Counted from the stretch's first letter, positions 1 through 16,876 are shown. The stretch is DNA of 64,000 nt from Trichosphaerium sp. ATCC 40318 (GCA_038496445.1 JALMLS010000483.1:52446-116445), one strand, 5' to 3'. Notes: generated from the letters alone by a model not told the origin. A program made the numbers and translations.

Positions 1-856
1 CAATGAAGGGATTAATTGATTCATCTCTTATTGATGAGTGGTATTATGTAATTGTTTTTCTCTCAAAAGAAACAGATTTACGCGTTGCCTTGGCAACATG
101 TGAGGCACTTGCAAACGCCGAAAGAGGATACCAAAAGTTTATGGATAATGATGAAGAAAGCGAACGTATCATTGCAGCCGTTTGGGACCTCATGAAGTGC
201 GTAACAAATGTCGCCTCTTTTTTTCGAAGAAAAAAAACTCTTCAACAACTCTTCGTTCTCATGCTTTCTTTTTAGCTCTGATATTGGCTCAAGAAGCTTT
301 AATATACGGAAAACATTGATTATTGTATTTCATCGTATGACTGTGAGACGTCAACCTGATTTGAAGCTTGATCGTAGACCTATTCTTCCTACTAGACCTA
401 TTTCTTCTAAAGATTTTCGACTTATAAACCCTAAACCTGCTCAAGTACGTCTGTTTGTTCTGAAACCTATCCTCCTTGAGAGACTTAGTATATTTAAGTC
501 CCTTTTAACAAACATACACGAATACCGAACAAGTTGTTCCTAACCATTTAAACACCTTTCTCAGAAATCCATTCTCTTTTTTTTCTTTTTTTCTGTTTTC
601 TTGAAAGCTTCGTTCACACTCCTCTGTTCTTCTTGTGTCATTATTTTTCGTACTTTGTATTGGCTGTTTATATATGTATTAGTACAAGCGAAGAAGGGAT
701 GATAGACATATGTATAATACTTATGGTGGTTATAACAATCACCGAGATGAAATGGGTACGTTGCCTTAACAACTTTTTTTTGTTTTGTTTTTTGTGCTAA
801 TGATTTGACAAGATGGTTCTAAAACGAAGTTTAAAAAGTACAGGCGGGATTATTAA
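1..856 (+). CDS. 3' end of a multi-exon helical-repeat protein, possibly the TAF2 (TFIID subunit 2) C-terminus
   Basis: Spliced reading gives ...ERIIAAVWDLMNSDIGSRSFNIRKTLIIVFHRM..., reminiscent of the TAF2 C-terminal LWxLMNS region, followed by a basic tail. GT-AG introns; stop near 854-856. The gene runs off the window start. Confidence 0.4.
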
Positions 857-1684
857 GTTGTGATAATAAGGATAAGAAATAAAGAAATTAAGGTGGTTAC
901 GCCAATTTTGTACAAAATCACGTGCATATTAACTAGTTAACAGTTAACAAATGAAAAAAAAAAAGACAATTGACCTATTATTACCACTGTTGTACCATCT
1001 TCCATCTCGACTCAGTGATTCATCAGAATGTGTAATTGCTGCTCTTTTTGATAATGTATGGAACATAGTAAACACTTCACATTTGAAAGAGCAATAGGAA
1101 GATCCACAGACAAAGAATCATCTGAGCCTTACTAGATCTGTAAACAAGCAAAATACACTCTAACTGTATATCCCTGAGCACAAGAGTTGTCAATAATACG
1201 TGTCAGAGGTGTTGAAAGTTGTTTATGTAGTTTCGATATACCTGTTGGCTAACAAACTGTGATTTGATCAACAGTCACTGAGAGTACTAAAGCGGCAAGG
1301 TTAGGTCAAAGAAGTATGTGGAGTTTACAAAGCTAAAGTGACTTTAAAGTTACTTATATAGCGTACCTTGTTGTTATTTGTATTTTTTGTACGTTTGCCT
1401 TGCTCAGTAGCCTAAAAAGCAAAGTAACATGAATCTAACTCAAACTTCAAAATATTTTTTTTGTTGAAATTCGTTTACGGAATATTGAAATTGAATTTCA
1501 AGTTTCTTTGGATGTGTGACTCAACATGAAATTGATTATTAAACAAAGCAGTGCTACCATCCTGCCACATTCATTAACAATGCCAACATGATGTTTTTAT
1601 GGGTATTTACTATTGTTTCTAATAACAGAAATAAAGAAAATAACAAAGAAGGCAAGAGAAGAAGTGAGAAAAGAAAATCTATTT

Positions 1685-2664
1685 TTATAACAATAAGACT
1701 AATACAACTACGATCAATGCCATTGTAACTTTTAAAACAAGCGAAGAAGAAGGTGGAGCAACAGTAGTAGGTGGTGGGGTAGGCATAATTGGGGCTGCTG
1801 TAGTTGCTTCAGTTGGTGCTTCAGTAGTTGGAGGTGGAGTAGGCATAATTGGGGCTGCTGTAGTTGCTTCAGTTGGCGCTTCAGTAGTTGGAGGTGGGGT
1901 AGGCATAATTGGGGCTGCTGTAGTTGCTTCAGTAGGTGCTTCAGTAGTTGGCGGTGGAGTAGGCATAATTGGCGCTGCTGTAGTTGGTTCAGTTGGTGGT
2001 ACTTCAGCGATATTAGAGCTTCCTGAAACCCACGTGCATGAATTGCCTCCACTTCGTTCTGCAACAAGCCACCACTAAAAAAATACGATTGAGTATGAAG
2101 ATATTTTACCAGTTCGGGAATAGAATAAGTTAACGTACACCCATGGTTACTGTACCAGTTCCATTTTCTGGAGCTGTCCACGTGAATGTTATGTCACTGT
2201 CCTTTGCTGCTCCATTAACATGGCGAAGAGTACCATAGCAATCAGGAGCAGAAAAGAGGCTTGTGCTAGTAGAAAGAATAGTAGGTTCAGAAGAATCTAT
2301 TGTTCCAACAATAAAACCAGATGGCGCACTACCAGTGTAGAAAGAAATTGTTGCTCCCTACGAACAAAATGACGTGAGTAACAAAGAAAAACAGGCAACA
2401 AATTTTCGGAGCTAGCGAAAAAAAAAGACGCACTGTGTAAGTGGCACCGGCGTTAGCTGTAACAGTGAAAGTGTAATTGGCTTCTGCGACGTATTCTGAT
2501 ATTAGTGGTGTAATTGAAAGACCAGCTACTGGTGCAGGGCTTGTTGAGCACATGTTCGTGCATATATCCGCACTATTCGATGGACAGATACTTATTTCTC
2601 TAGTACTAAAGGCGAGAGATGCTACAAATAAGCATGAGAGGAGAATAATAACTCTAAAGTTCAT
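1685..2664 (-). CDS. Secreted/GPI-type Reeler-domain protein with Pro/Thr-rich repeat stalk
   Basis: Signal peptide MNFRVIILLSCLFVASLA; Reeler-like LRHVNGAAKDSDITFTWTAP; 2 GT-AG introns; PTPPPTTEAPTEATTAAPIM repeats; hydrophobic C-terminus. Confidence 0.75.
1764..1990. repeat. 60-bp coding tandem repeat (about 3.7 copies, 20 aa unit)
   Basis: Successive 60-nt lines 1741-1980 are nearly identical. Confidence 0.95.
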
Positions 2665-3582
2665 TTGGGTTGTTTGAGGAAGCGTTGCGTTATTGGTAAC
2701 TGGTCACGTGATTTTTAAAAGTACTAGCGCCTCCAGTATTATCTTGTGAACAACCCGTTCGTTTGGGTATGGGCATATCACGAAAAGGGATACCCAAGCA
2801 GAAACATATCATTTCCCAATTCTCCCTTCTTAAGAAATTGTACCCCTAAGAATTCTAATCCCGTAAAAAGGGTAACGGCTTATCAAGTATAGATAAATCA
2901 AAGCTGTTATCATACTATACCCCAAACAGTTCCGACAAAAACAAAGTGATTCGTTCGAACGCGGACCAGTTTTAGATGCGCTCGGGTAAACGATGTTCCG
3001 AAAAAGATGTAATTCTTACTTTTGGTTCACGTGTTTTTCTCCAATGCGTCAAAATACATCACATTGTCTTGGTTGGTATTGTCCCGCGCTACTTATTAAA
3101 CAGTTCTTTTAACCTATATCTACGACATACCTTACAATTTGTTCGAACAAGAAGTTTCGTAGTCTTTATGGTTAATTAGGAGGTATTATCACAAACAAGA
3201 ACCGTTATGACTTTATGATCACATAAATCATATTAATAAAACATACCCAACATGATGCGAAACTATAGCTATCAAAAGAAAACCATGTATTCCAAAAATC
3301 TATCCTATATTGCGACGAGTCCGGCACGGAACATTAACTCCTGATGGCGCCATGTTTTAAGAAAAGAATTTCAGAACAATGTAATGCCATAGGCATCACT
3401 GGAGTAGGCACTTCGAGAGGTAAGTATTATCTTTTTCCATCAAGACACACAACAGCTTGTTCTATAAAGATATAAAAACTATCAAATTGATTGATCAATA
3501 GTTGTAGTTGCTCATGAGCATCATCAAAAGATATAAATCTGCGAGAACATAATGTAAAGCATCTCGTTTTTTTTTGTTTCGT

Positions 3583-6500
3583 TTATTCTACAGGCCACTG
3601 TTTTGTGTACTCCCAAATAGCAATACTGGCACTAACATGTGCGTTCAGAGATCTGACTATACCATATTGAGGAATCTCAACACACTACAGGATAACGTAA
3701 GAATAGAAAAACAAAAAACGCAAAAAAAAGTTGGATGTTTTTTGAAACAAATGTCGATTGCTTAGTTCTTGCTCACAACTCTTCTTTTTTCCGTAAAAAT
3801 CAAGCGTACCTTATCCATTACACTTATACAATCAGCAGGAACACCTAGTTTTTCATTACCGATCAGGAGGATAGTCTTTTTCGGGAAAGAGTAAGATTGC
3901 AATTGAACAGAGTCTGAAGTCTGTTCAAGTGCTACTAGAGTATATCCCTCCTTCTTTTTACCCTTTAGATAACCTACTACTTTATCTGCTGGTACCTAAA
4001 CAACAATAAGACGGAGGTGTGGAGTTGGGTCGTTAAACAGAGTTTTTGTTCAAAAGTTTGGTTGAAAAACAAGCACTCACCGCAGTTATAGGCACCCACT
4101 CATGTGCAGTTACTGTCACGGTTTTATATTGAGGATCTTTTGTTATGGATAAACTATAAGATTGTTATTTTTGTATTATAATCACGTGATTTCAACAAAA
4201 GGGTACGATAGTGTTTTTTTTCTTTTACGCATACCTTGATAATACAAGTTCTGAAGCGCCCATAATCTCACAAGTACGTGTTAATCCTCCCAGATTTGGC
4301 ATCTTGTTCATTAAGGAAGCAACAACTATTAAATCAGATGATAACCTTGGCTGCAAGCAAAAAAGTTAGAACTAATCATCTAAACACTCAAGCACTTTTT
4401 ACCTTATCTCTATTGCTGAATACTAAGTCCTTAGATGGAACATCCCAAGGCACTACTTTACGTTGAAACTGAGGAGGTACATCTGACATTTCACCCTCAC
4501 TAAGAGGTGCTATCTTGAATAACTTCGAAAAAGACGTTGTATCGAAATCCGGAATAGAAACCTCTTCAAAGTGTTGTAATCCATCAAACCACTCTGAAGG
4601 TATGCGCTCAACAACAGCAGAGAATTTAGTTGCAAATATATCGTATAAGAGTTCGGTTGAAGGTTGTAAAACAGCTGAAGGCATGTATTGTTCAGAAAAG
4701 TGCATTTTTGCTGTTGCTTTAGGAGCCAATTCCTTCATTTGATCTTCAAAGAGCTTAAGGTGTTGCTGAGTTGATGACGGTAACCTGTGAATAGGATTAG
4801 TTAGTACAAGTTTAATTGTAAGATCTTGTAAGTAATAAACAAGCGTACTTATTAAATATAGCAGGTGTGTTGCACCAATAAGTGAAGAGTTTAAATAGTT
4901 GCATTCTGACATTTGATCTTGGGTTCATTAACCAAGGCAACAGAATAAGTAGCGCCTTAAAGTTATGAGTCATGAAGTGTATCAACGTGTTTATATAATT
5001 AATAAAAACCAGAGAGTGAAGGTACACTTAACACTGTTTCAAGTATAACAGTAGACGTGATTATTAAGTTAATGTACCTTATTTAGTTCTGTTACATCCC
5101 AATCATCATTGCTTGTTTCAGCAATTCGAGATACACTTCCCATTAATAGAATACAGTAGACATGATGCATTGGTTGTTTATCAACAATGAGTTCTCTACA
5201 CATTTGATAAGAAAGGGTTCGTTCAAAAGGGTCTTTTCCGAGTACCTCATGCATGTGACCAAAAGACTCCAGTGTTTATTTACCAAGATAAACAGAACCA
5301 ATAAAAATAGTTGCTTAACAGAACGATCAACACCAGAAGTTGTCAATAATGAAATGGATTGTGATGCTACTTTAGAAGCTGTTTTAATGTCTAGCGTATT
5401 TGATATGTATGAGAGGAATTGAGCAACACGTATCTAATACAAAGATAAGTACGAGTCACCATGACGATGCTTAAAAAAAAAGTTGCTTGATATTGTTGTT
5501 TACCATTGCGCGTTTGTTTAGCGAAGACACTTGCTCAACAAGGTTTGTAGCGATAGATGATATTAACGTGTTTGCGTAGTTATTATCTTTCTTTTTGAGT
5601 TCACTTACAAAGCGACAGGTGTGTATGTGTAGATAAAAGAAGTTCACATGGCTGAAAAAAAGTTAGTTTCGGAGTTGTTTTTAGAACTAAAATGAAACCC
5701 AAGTTTGTTCTTACGCTACTTTGACAGTCTGATCTGGCCTTGATTTTGTTACTTGTTTTACAGATGGTTGGTATGATATTAGTGAAGTAATGATAGGAGC
5801 AAAGTCGTCTAGATATTGATTTTAGACAAGAAACGACATAAAGCAGACGTACATTTTGTAGGATTGTGTAAAATGTACTCATAGAGCTTATAAGAAAAGT
5901 AAGGTAGCGAGCATGACCCTGCATCTAGCTTCAGGAATATATCCGCAAACTAGAGACGAAAAAGTTTAGCGTCCTGACAACTAAAATCTCAAATAATGAG
6001 CGTAAAAAATCACGTGCCTTTTGAAGTTTGTTATCAACAAATATGTGGTTGACATTTTGTGCGAAGACTACATTGATGAAGCCAATAATTTTTCTCATTG
6101 ACTCATTCTTTGATTCTATTGTTGCTCTCCACGCAAGCTCAATATCATCACAAATAATTTGTACGCTATCCTTAGTTTGTTCATCACTGGCTTTAATAGA
6201 AAGAAGACACTCATAGCACTTGAACAGCTTCAAGAGTACAGGTGTGTTTAAGCATGTATCAATCTCATTTTGTATAATCTCGAATAAGGACTCAAACATT
6301 TTCTTGTCTAGAAGACGCCCATTTGATTCCAAAATTCTGTGTATGAGATCAAACCGTTTTTGTGTTTCTTCAATACTCATACTACAAACAACTTTACTAA
6401 TGACCTTGAATTAAACAAAGTACCGTGGTAGTTTTGAAAGAATTTCCATTTCTTGTTTGAAGGTGTCTGCTTTCGCACTAGAATCTGATCTCACAGTCAC

Positions 6501-8229
6501 TAAGCATTCTATGAGGTGGAGTACATCTTTGTTTTTAGGATCTAGGTAGGCAAGGTTAAAGGAAATAACAGGTAGTAATAAGCCTTACTATTTCTCATGA
6601 GGTCATCTATTAATTCACATAGTGATGAAACCTTTTCTACTTCGTTGTGCTGCATCATTGATAGCACTTGAGGTAACCCCTCAAACTGACCCATTCCCAT
6701 CTCTTTTTTAATTTTCTCAATGGATATATCCATAGAGATAGCGTTGAATACATCTATAGAGCATTAGAAACAATTTCGTTTTAATCTAAGAAAAACCTTG
6801 TTTGTCATCTCTGTTGGCTAGCGCCTTTCCAATTGCGCTTGTAGGTGCTTCTGACTGTATGATATCTTTACACAACTCTATACAATCTTCTCTTGACAGA
6901 ACTGTACACATTAAGCTATCTAGTGGAATTGCCGAGGAACTGCTACTGCTGGCCAAGCGAGTGTTTATATAAGCATGAAGCGGAGATTTTTCCGTTTCAG
7001 TCTTCTCTGTAAAGCTGCTCAGAAATCCTGAAATTTCCCTCCATGATCGTTGTAGAGATTCTTCAGGTAGCACTCGCAATAGGGAAACAAGTGATTTGAT
7101 AGGAACTGAGGGCTTAACCAAATTACACATTATGGACACAATGCACTTAAAAACTTCATTCTTTTGCTCAAATCGACTTGAGCGACTGTAAGTACTTGTC
7201 ACGTGATACTAAAAAAATTTTCAAATAGATTTTAGACAATATGTTAGACAACGTACTGGGAGTCTGAGTTGTATGCAATAGCAAGTTGCAATGCCCCAAT
7301 GTCCTTCTCTTGAAGTACTTTTGGAGCCTTGACTTTTGAAAGAAAAGAAAACACTCCAAGGGTATAGAATAATGAGCATTTAGGTTTTGATGCATGCTGG
7401 ATTATATCAGATATTATCATTGTGCAGGGGTCCTGTATAAAAAATCATTAGAGGGAGCTATACTCGCTTAGTTTTTTGTACTTTTTTGGAGATAACAGCA
7501 AATGCATTTGTTAAAAAATTCTCCATTCCTGATGCTAAACCGAACGCATACGCTATAGAGTACATCTGCGGATTTCCACCATGTAATAGCACCTCTTTAT
7601 ATAATTATTAGACGCAACCGGCGATCCACAACACTCTATTTTTGAATTTTTTGAAAAAAGCAGTAACATACCAAAAATAATATCACTGCCCAGATGCTCA
7701 ACGAACAATTCTGCGTTCTTAAAGATATGTGCGAATACATAACGACGTGATGAGTTGTGTGGCGAACGCAATGCTTTCTTTGCTAGGACAACAGACCATT
7801 GACGAGTTTCAGGATTTGATGTTTTAGAGCTTAGTACACTAGCAAAGTACGTCCAGATGGGAATATAAAGGTGTAGGCTGTTTTGGTCGAGAACTTCGTA
7901 AATAAGAACAAAAGCCTTCCAATATGGTTTAGAGCATCCCAAGCATTTTTCCGGCGCGTTTTCTTGTTCAAAGGTGGCGTGTAGAAGCCTTTTAAGAATA
8001 TATAGAGCTTTCTTTTGTACTTTGCTCGTATTCGCTACCAGAGCTGTCTATTAGCTGTTATTTGGCGAAATTGTTGTATTTTATGTACAGATACTGTAGA
8101 AACGAATTGAGGGTCATTTTTCGCTGCCGTGACGCTTTGGAAGTTAGAATAATGCGTTTTAGACTTTACTTACAGCAAGTTATCTGTTTTGTGTTCTAAT
8201 AACGCGTCAATCCTAGCTTGGATATCCAT
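3583..8229 (-). CDS. TARBP1: tRNA (guanosine-18-2'-O)-methyltransferase TARBP1/Trm3 (C-terminal SpoU domain)
   Basis: Spliced: KKALYILKR near the N-terminus; [70 protein letters not shown]. About 16 introns, including a probable GC-AG intron at 5950-6017. Confidence 0.92.
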
Positions 8230-8383
8230 GCGATTAGGGTACACCTTCAAGAGGTTGTTAACAGTCGTTGGTACAAATATTCAATTGTGGGAAATTTCGC
8301 AAAATTTTGGTCTTGCCTGCCATATGCATGACCTTTAGACTCCTCATCAATATTTTATGAACCCAAAACTTGTCAAATATAGA

Positions 8384-10843
8384 TGAGAGTGAGAACTATG
8401 TGGATTAGAGGCCTGTTGACGATGAGGTGGTTTTTGATGGTGAAAGTCGTTATAAGTGCTTCTTCGTTACTTTTAGCCGTTTACAATGGAATACGCTGTA
8501 ACTAATATACTAGACCTACCTGGTACGCTTTTCATTAACAACTATCTTTGAATGTCAACATTTTCTTCAGAACTGCCTTGCGTACTCGTGTTCTCCCATT
8601 TGGACTTCAAGGACGTATGTGCATGCGGACAAGTAGTAAAATTATGGCGTAAAATTGCTAACAAGGACGTTGTATGGCGTGGATACTGCAAGGTGCGTCA
8701 CATAGCTGTTTTCGATGCCTAATCATTTATCTACAGACAATGTTCATCAAACCACCAGAAGATAACAAAAAAACCTTCAAAACGCTCTTTGAAGAATGGT
8801 ACGTCCGTTTTGAAACCGTAAATAAATACAACGTGAAACTGACACGTTTTCATCTCAGGCACCGCTCATTTGGACCATATGCAGGTGTATACCCAAAGGT
8901 GAAAGGCCTTTATGACCAATTAATCGCTTGGCTTGAGCTCATGTTTCCAGTACGGCGAGCTAAACGCGCTTTTTATCAAAATCAAGATTCTTGCTCTTTG
9001 TGATGCATTCCATCACCCAGTGTTGATTAAATACTAGGCAGTTATACCTACACTAATGGAAGGTGCATCAGAAGCAGAAATAAGCGCTGTAGAACAGATT
9101 CTTGGAGATGGTAAGTCCAAACTCTTGTTCAATGATTTCCGCCTTCTAACTTTGCTAGATTTCGTATTTCCTCAAGATATACGCCTTTTTTATAGACTCG
9201 TTGGTGGCCAAATTGCTGCACATGATAACTTGGGCTTATTCGGTAGGTTAAATAGACACGTGGGTTGGTGTTGACCCTTGTGATTTTCCTTTTGATTTCG
9301 TTTTTATTTTGTTTTAATTGTGTTTTTGTAACTCTTTCTAGGTGGTTACAGCTTCTATAATTTTGATGTGAATATGCAATTTATGACTTTGAAAATGGTT
9401 GCAAATATTACAATGAGAATAAAAGGAGACACACGTTTTGCAACCTTGGTAATGAAAAAAACCCAAAAAACTCCAATGACTTTTTTTGGTTATCATTCTC
9501 GTTATTTTCTTGCTATTGACACCCCTTCTTTTAGCAAAATACTGTTCCATTTGCTATGAGTTATAATGGGTTCAAATGGTACACACTCGTTCGTGAACAT
9601 CACAGCGAATTTAATCGGTACGCACATCCACTATTGATTTAATTGTAAAAAAAACCATCTTCAAACGAAGTCTAACTTTTTCTACCTTAGTGGTCAAATC
9701 GTTGTACCTGGATTACAAAATCAAGATCTTTGGGGCTTTGCAGATTCTTTCACAGCGTTCTTACAAGATTACGTTGGCAAGTTAAAGACAGGTATGTCAC
9801 TTTTAGAGCACAATGTGGTTCAAAAAAAAAGAATAACATAATTTGTTGCCCTCTTCTGACTCTTTTTTGCCAAAAGGTGTTTATTCGGTATTGGGTGATA
9901 GTATAAACTTATTTCCAAGAAAGAATATTCCAACAGCCATGTCAAGAGGCATTAAAGTAGAAGTACGAGAAAAAAACAAGTTTTTTCTTCTTTCTTTTTG
10001 TTTCATCTTCTAACGGTTTTTAAGGCTTCTCCGTTGTTCATACATGAGCGCTCTTGGCGCCGTGGTAGTGAAAATGACTATTTTTGGAGTTATTCTATTT
10101 GCATGTCAATGGTACGCGGACAATTTGAGAAATCTTGCTAATTTGTTCGTATGAAACTATTTCAAACGTTTCACGTGTTTTTTGAAATATACTTTGTTTG
10201 ATGTTTTATAGGGAACTGATGCGGATGCTCAGTGGAAATCTAAGCTTACTACAAGGCATTGGGTTATTACAGATGGTGACGGAAAAGTAGATGATGTACG
10301 AGAGGGAAAACTCTTTGAGATTTTTTATTTGTTTTTTTATCTTTGCTCCTGACATAACTTCTTATCGTATCTTGTACTCAACACGTTTTTTTTATTTCTA
10401 ATGTTTTCCTGTTAAGGTTCAAGGACCTGGTGTCATAGGATTATACCCAGAAATGAAACCAGGTAAAGAAAGAAAAATCTATCAACTTATTTTGTTGCTA
10501 ACTTTCAAAAAAAGGGTGTGCTGACTTTAAGTATGAGAGTTGTTGTTCGTTAAGTACATCAACTGGAAATATGAGGGTACGGTTCTTACAACACATTCAT
10601 TACAACTAAAATTTGCTTTTTTTCATCAACTGTTGCTTACAGCAACTAAAATTTTCACGTAATAAAACGAAGTCAGCTGCTGTTTTGAATGTTTACTTCT
10701 TTCTTTTTAATATTTTACGATTATATTTGACTCACAACTTTTAGGGTACATTTCAGATGAAGAGACTAGCAACTGGTGAACTCTTTGATGTCGAAGTACC
10801 AAAATATGAGTTCAAAGTACCAAAGATGTTGTCTGAAAAATAA
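8384..10843 (+). CDS. F-box / SMI1-KNR4 / ApaG protein (FBXO3/SKIP16-like)
   Basis: F-box ILDLPELPCVLVFSHLDFKDVCACGQV..WR; SMI1 GASEAEISAVEQIL..FPQDIRLFYRLVGGQ; ApaG [35 protein letters not shown]. About 15 introns; start could instead be 8486. Confidence 0.88.
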
Positions 10844-11457
10844 AAATGCACATACCTTTGCCGAAACCACCAAAGCTTAATCATCAAAACCACAACACAG
10901 CCATTTCGTTTATAATACCCCAACCTTAAACAATTGTATGCTACACAGACTTGCACGTGAAGATGCGTATAGTATTCTTTTTTGTCTGATAATCACTTGT
11001 GACTAAGTGTAGACTCTACGTCTATAATGCGATAAGGACTAACCAGGATCTAGCCATCTAGTTCATAAAATCAGCACAGGAGGAGGTAGTAGTTCCAGGT
11101 TGCAGAGCTCTCATCTCTCAATGTCATAAACTATACAAATTTTTTTACACAACGTAAATTTCTTTACATCTTTTGGTACTTTTAAGATGAGAGCCTGTGC
11201 ACTAGCTGCTTGTTTATACAAATGGAAAATATCTGTTTACAACTCCTCAACAACATGAACATACCAACTGACGCTTCACTATTAAGTAGAAAACCAGTTT
11301 TAAAAGCACTCATTTTCTTCGTTTTTATTTGCGGCCCGATTTCGCTCTAACAATCACTCGATTTCTGTTTAAATCTGTTGAAACAAAGGTGTAAACGGCC
11401 ATTAGCACGAGAGTGAGGCAAAGAGCAAACAAAATAGAATAGTGCCAACTATACGTC

Positions 11458-11790
11458 AGAAAAAAGAAGTTATTAGTTCGTTGCACGTTTTGCGAACCAA
11501 AACATCGCAGATAAGGTTCCAATGTGTGCAAATAGCTATCACGAGCCTTTAATAGCGTTTTGAAATATGCATCATCCGTTTTTGAGTAATTACAATAGAA
11601 TTTCAATGAAGAGGAACAGTGCAACACCAGAAAAAGAAGTTCTCGTTTACTAGCACGTTTTTTGAACCAAAACTTTGCCGCTATGGTTTCCAAGTGTGTA
11701 AATAGCATGCACAAGCCTTTAGTAGCGTTTTGAAATGTGCATTATCCATATTTGAGTAATTACAATAGAATTTTCAGTGAAGTGCAGTCT
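11458..11790. repeat. Diverged ~172-bp tandem duplication within a decayed minus-strand coding remnant
   Basis: 11543 gcctttaatagcgttttgaaatatgcatcatcc..ttgagtaattacaatagaa matches 11715 gcctttagtagcgttttgaaatgtgcattatcc..ttgagtaattacaatagaa; flanks also align. Confidence 0.8.
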
Positions 11791-12523
11791 GTATCCCACA
11801 ATTTATTTCTGAGTAGTTTTTATGGGTATAAAATGAAACGAAAATATCTTGTAAATTGTAGTAGTTGCAGTGTGTGCACCACGCGTGGGGCTTCCTAGCC
11901 ATTTGGTCGAAAACATTTAAGGGAGTCCTCCGTCTAGCTTAGTGGGTGTATGCATTGCGAGGTGGAGCTGTCTAAGTTCCATCTTAATCCGACGTAGTGT
12001 GAAAGCTTGAATCGTTACATTAGCCAGCATGTCCTCGTAAGTAGCACGTAATTAACTTAGGAACTCGGTCTGGGCCAAGAAAATTATAAGGTCCGATATA
12101 GAGGTGAGTTCTGCCGTTAGGGAAAAGCTCTATATAAACTTTGAGTAGGTACTGCATAGCAGCCTATGATCGTTCTTTTTGTTGCTTGGTCATACCATCT
12201 TTAGGTAACTCAGATGATACGATAATGTCTAAAAATAGTTTTCCAGGTGGCTTGTGAGTACAGTAGCTGTACATATCGAACAGGTTATATGAACAATGAA
12301 ATAGTCATTTTTATCCACCACAGAAGCCGTGTTGATGTACAACTGCTGTCTTTGTTTCGAATCTCAAAGAGAAAAAGAAATAAAATGAGTGATTATTATT
12401 AGTCCATGATTGAGATGGAAAACGCAAAGTATAGATTTGAGGCGTTCTAGCAAACTATCAAATACTTTTTGGGCATGTTTGTCCTCGTTTTTGTAGTGAG
12501 TCACAAATTAGTGTGGAATTTTT

Positions 12524-15146
<2,623 letters not shown>

Positions 15147-15217
15147 CAGCTGTTTTACAGTTATCAGAAAAAAACTTGCACATTAACTTCCGTTGACCGG
15201 CAAAAAAAGCAACAGCA

Positions 15218-16179
15218 ATGGGCAGGTGCATAGAGTGTGGTAAGTATTTATTGTGATTAAATATAGCTCCGTGTTCGTCGCTGACCCTAAAATTTAGGAC
15301 GTTACTTCAAAGTTGGCGCTTACCGTTACGCTCGTTGTAAAGAGTGTCGTTGGAGAACTGGAACCCACGTTGTTACTCCACAAGGTTAGGAGATAATTTT
15401 TACAATTTCGGTTTCTAATAACAATATTAACGCTATCTATACATAGTAAGGACCCCACAACCAACAACAACGATTATTCAACAACAACCACAAGTGCAGT
15501 ATGTAGCTGCACCACCAGTAGTAATGGCACCACCCGTTCAAACTGTTGTACGTTATTATTTCGCCTTATCAGACCAAAAACCCGTAAAAAACCTCTAATT
15601 CACTAAACCCCACACGATTCTTTTTCCTGCCATCAAACTCCTGTCGCGTGTCGTATCGCTAAATTACCGATAAAAACAGATTCTACATCCTAAACGCATC
15701 GAATTTCTCCCATACTGACGCGATAATAGATAACACAACCACAGATGTACGCTCAACCAATGCAGACTACAACTGTTATTTCTCAGCCTCCAATGATGGG
15801 TGCGCCAATGGGTGCCCCAATGTACGCTCCTCAACCGATGCATACTACTACAACATACGTACAACAGCCGCCTCCACCACAAGTACGAAACGAAGCGATT
15901 TGGAATTTTTTTTGTTCGAAATTCTGTTCACATCTCAGCAAATCCATGATTTGCTCGTTTTCTCGTAACCAATAGCGCTTTGAAACATTGTCGTTACGGT
16001 TTAACAGCTAATCATCGCCTTTCCGAAAAAAAAAAGGCTCAAAATGGAAGATGTCTTTTTAAGCGAATTTTCTTGTTTTTCCTCTCTTCTTACTCTTACT
16101 CTCTTTCCTTTAGCCGTATCAAACTACTACGACATACACTACTGGACCAACATACCCTGGACAACCAGGATTCTATTAG
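15218..16179 (+). CDS. Small protein with N-terminal CxxC...CxxC motif and Pro/Gln/Thr-rich low-complexity tail
   Basis: Spliced MGRCIECGRYFKVGAYRYARCKECRWR...PQPTTTIIQQQPQVQY...GPTYPGQPGFY*; 4 GT-AG introns in phase. Confidence 0.75.
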
Positions 16180-16876
16180 AGAGATATATGACCTCATTGC
16201 GAAGAAAAGGCTTTCATAACAAAACAGTTCGATTTTCACTTTTTTACAAAAAACTGAAAAAAAATTGTATCATAAATTGCCTGATGTAAAGTAAAGTACC
16301 AAATAAACAGTTTATCAATATTTCTGGAAAGTATCCTTTTATTGCTATGCCATCAATCTGTAGTATGTAGCTCAAGCGCAAAAGTGTGACGCAATCACAA
16401 TTGCAGATTACCACCGGCACGAAAAGAAACGTAGAAAATCTTATTTCACATGACAACACGTCATAATGAATATGTATTTTATTTTACAGACAGTGAGTAT
16501 ACAGGCTATAGTGTTGGTACAAATATTTAGAGGGCCATTTAAGATCAATCAGCGTGACTATTTGACTTAACTTTCAAACCACTAGAAGATAAAATCAATC
16601 AGTTCTAATTTCAGAGCACCATAAATTGATCAATCTGTTACTTTTGGCTTCGCAAATCCAGACGGTATTAACAGTATCAGCTACACAAGATTTACAAGCG
16701 TATTGCTTTTAATAGTGGTATGTAAATGGGTTATACTGTAGCTTGTATTACTTGCTTTAAACAATGAAACACTAATGAAAAATGTGGAATTGTGACTTTT
16801 ATTTTGCTTGGTTCTCTTTTCAATTTACTACTCTCTATTCTACTTACCTGTTCCCTTTTTTTTTGTCTTATGTTCT

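Noticed and set aside
905-948. Cluster of short palindromes (attttgtacaaaat, ttaactagttaa)
   Set aside because: AT-rich and short, so plausibly chance; no function inferable.
1764-1990. Regular direct repeats resembling a CRISPR array
   Set aside because: These are spacer-less in-frame coding repeats in a eukaryotic gene.
2755-2930. Possible MITE with gtttgggtat...ataccccaaac ends
   Set aside because: The inverted repeat is short and imperfect, with no clear target-site duplication and no second copy in the window.
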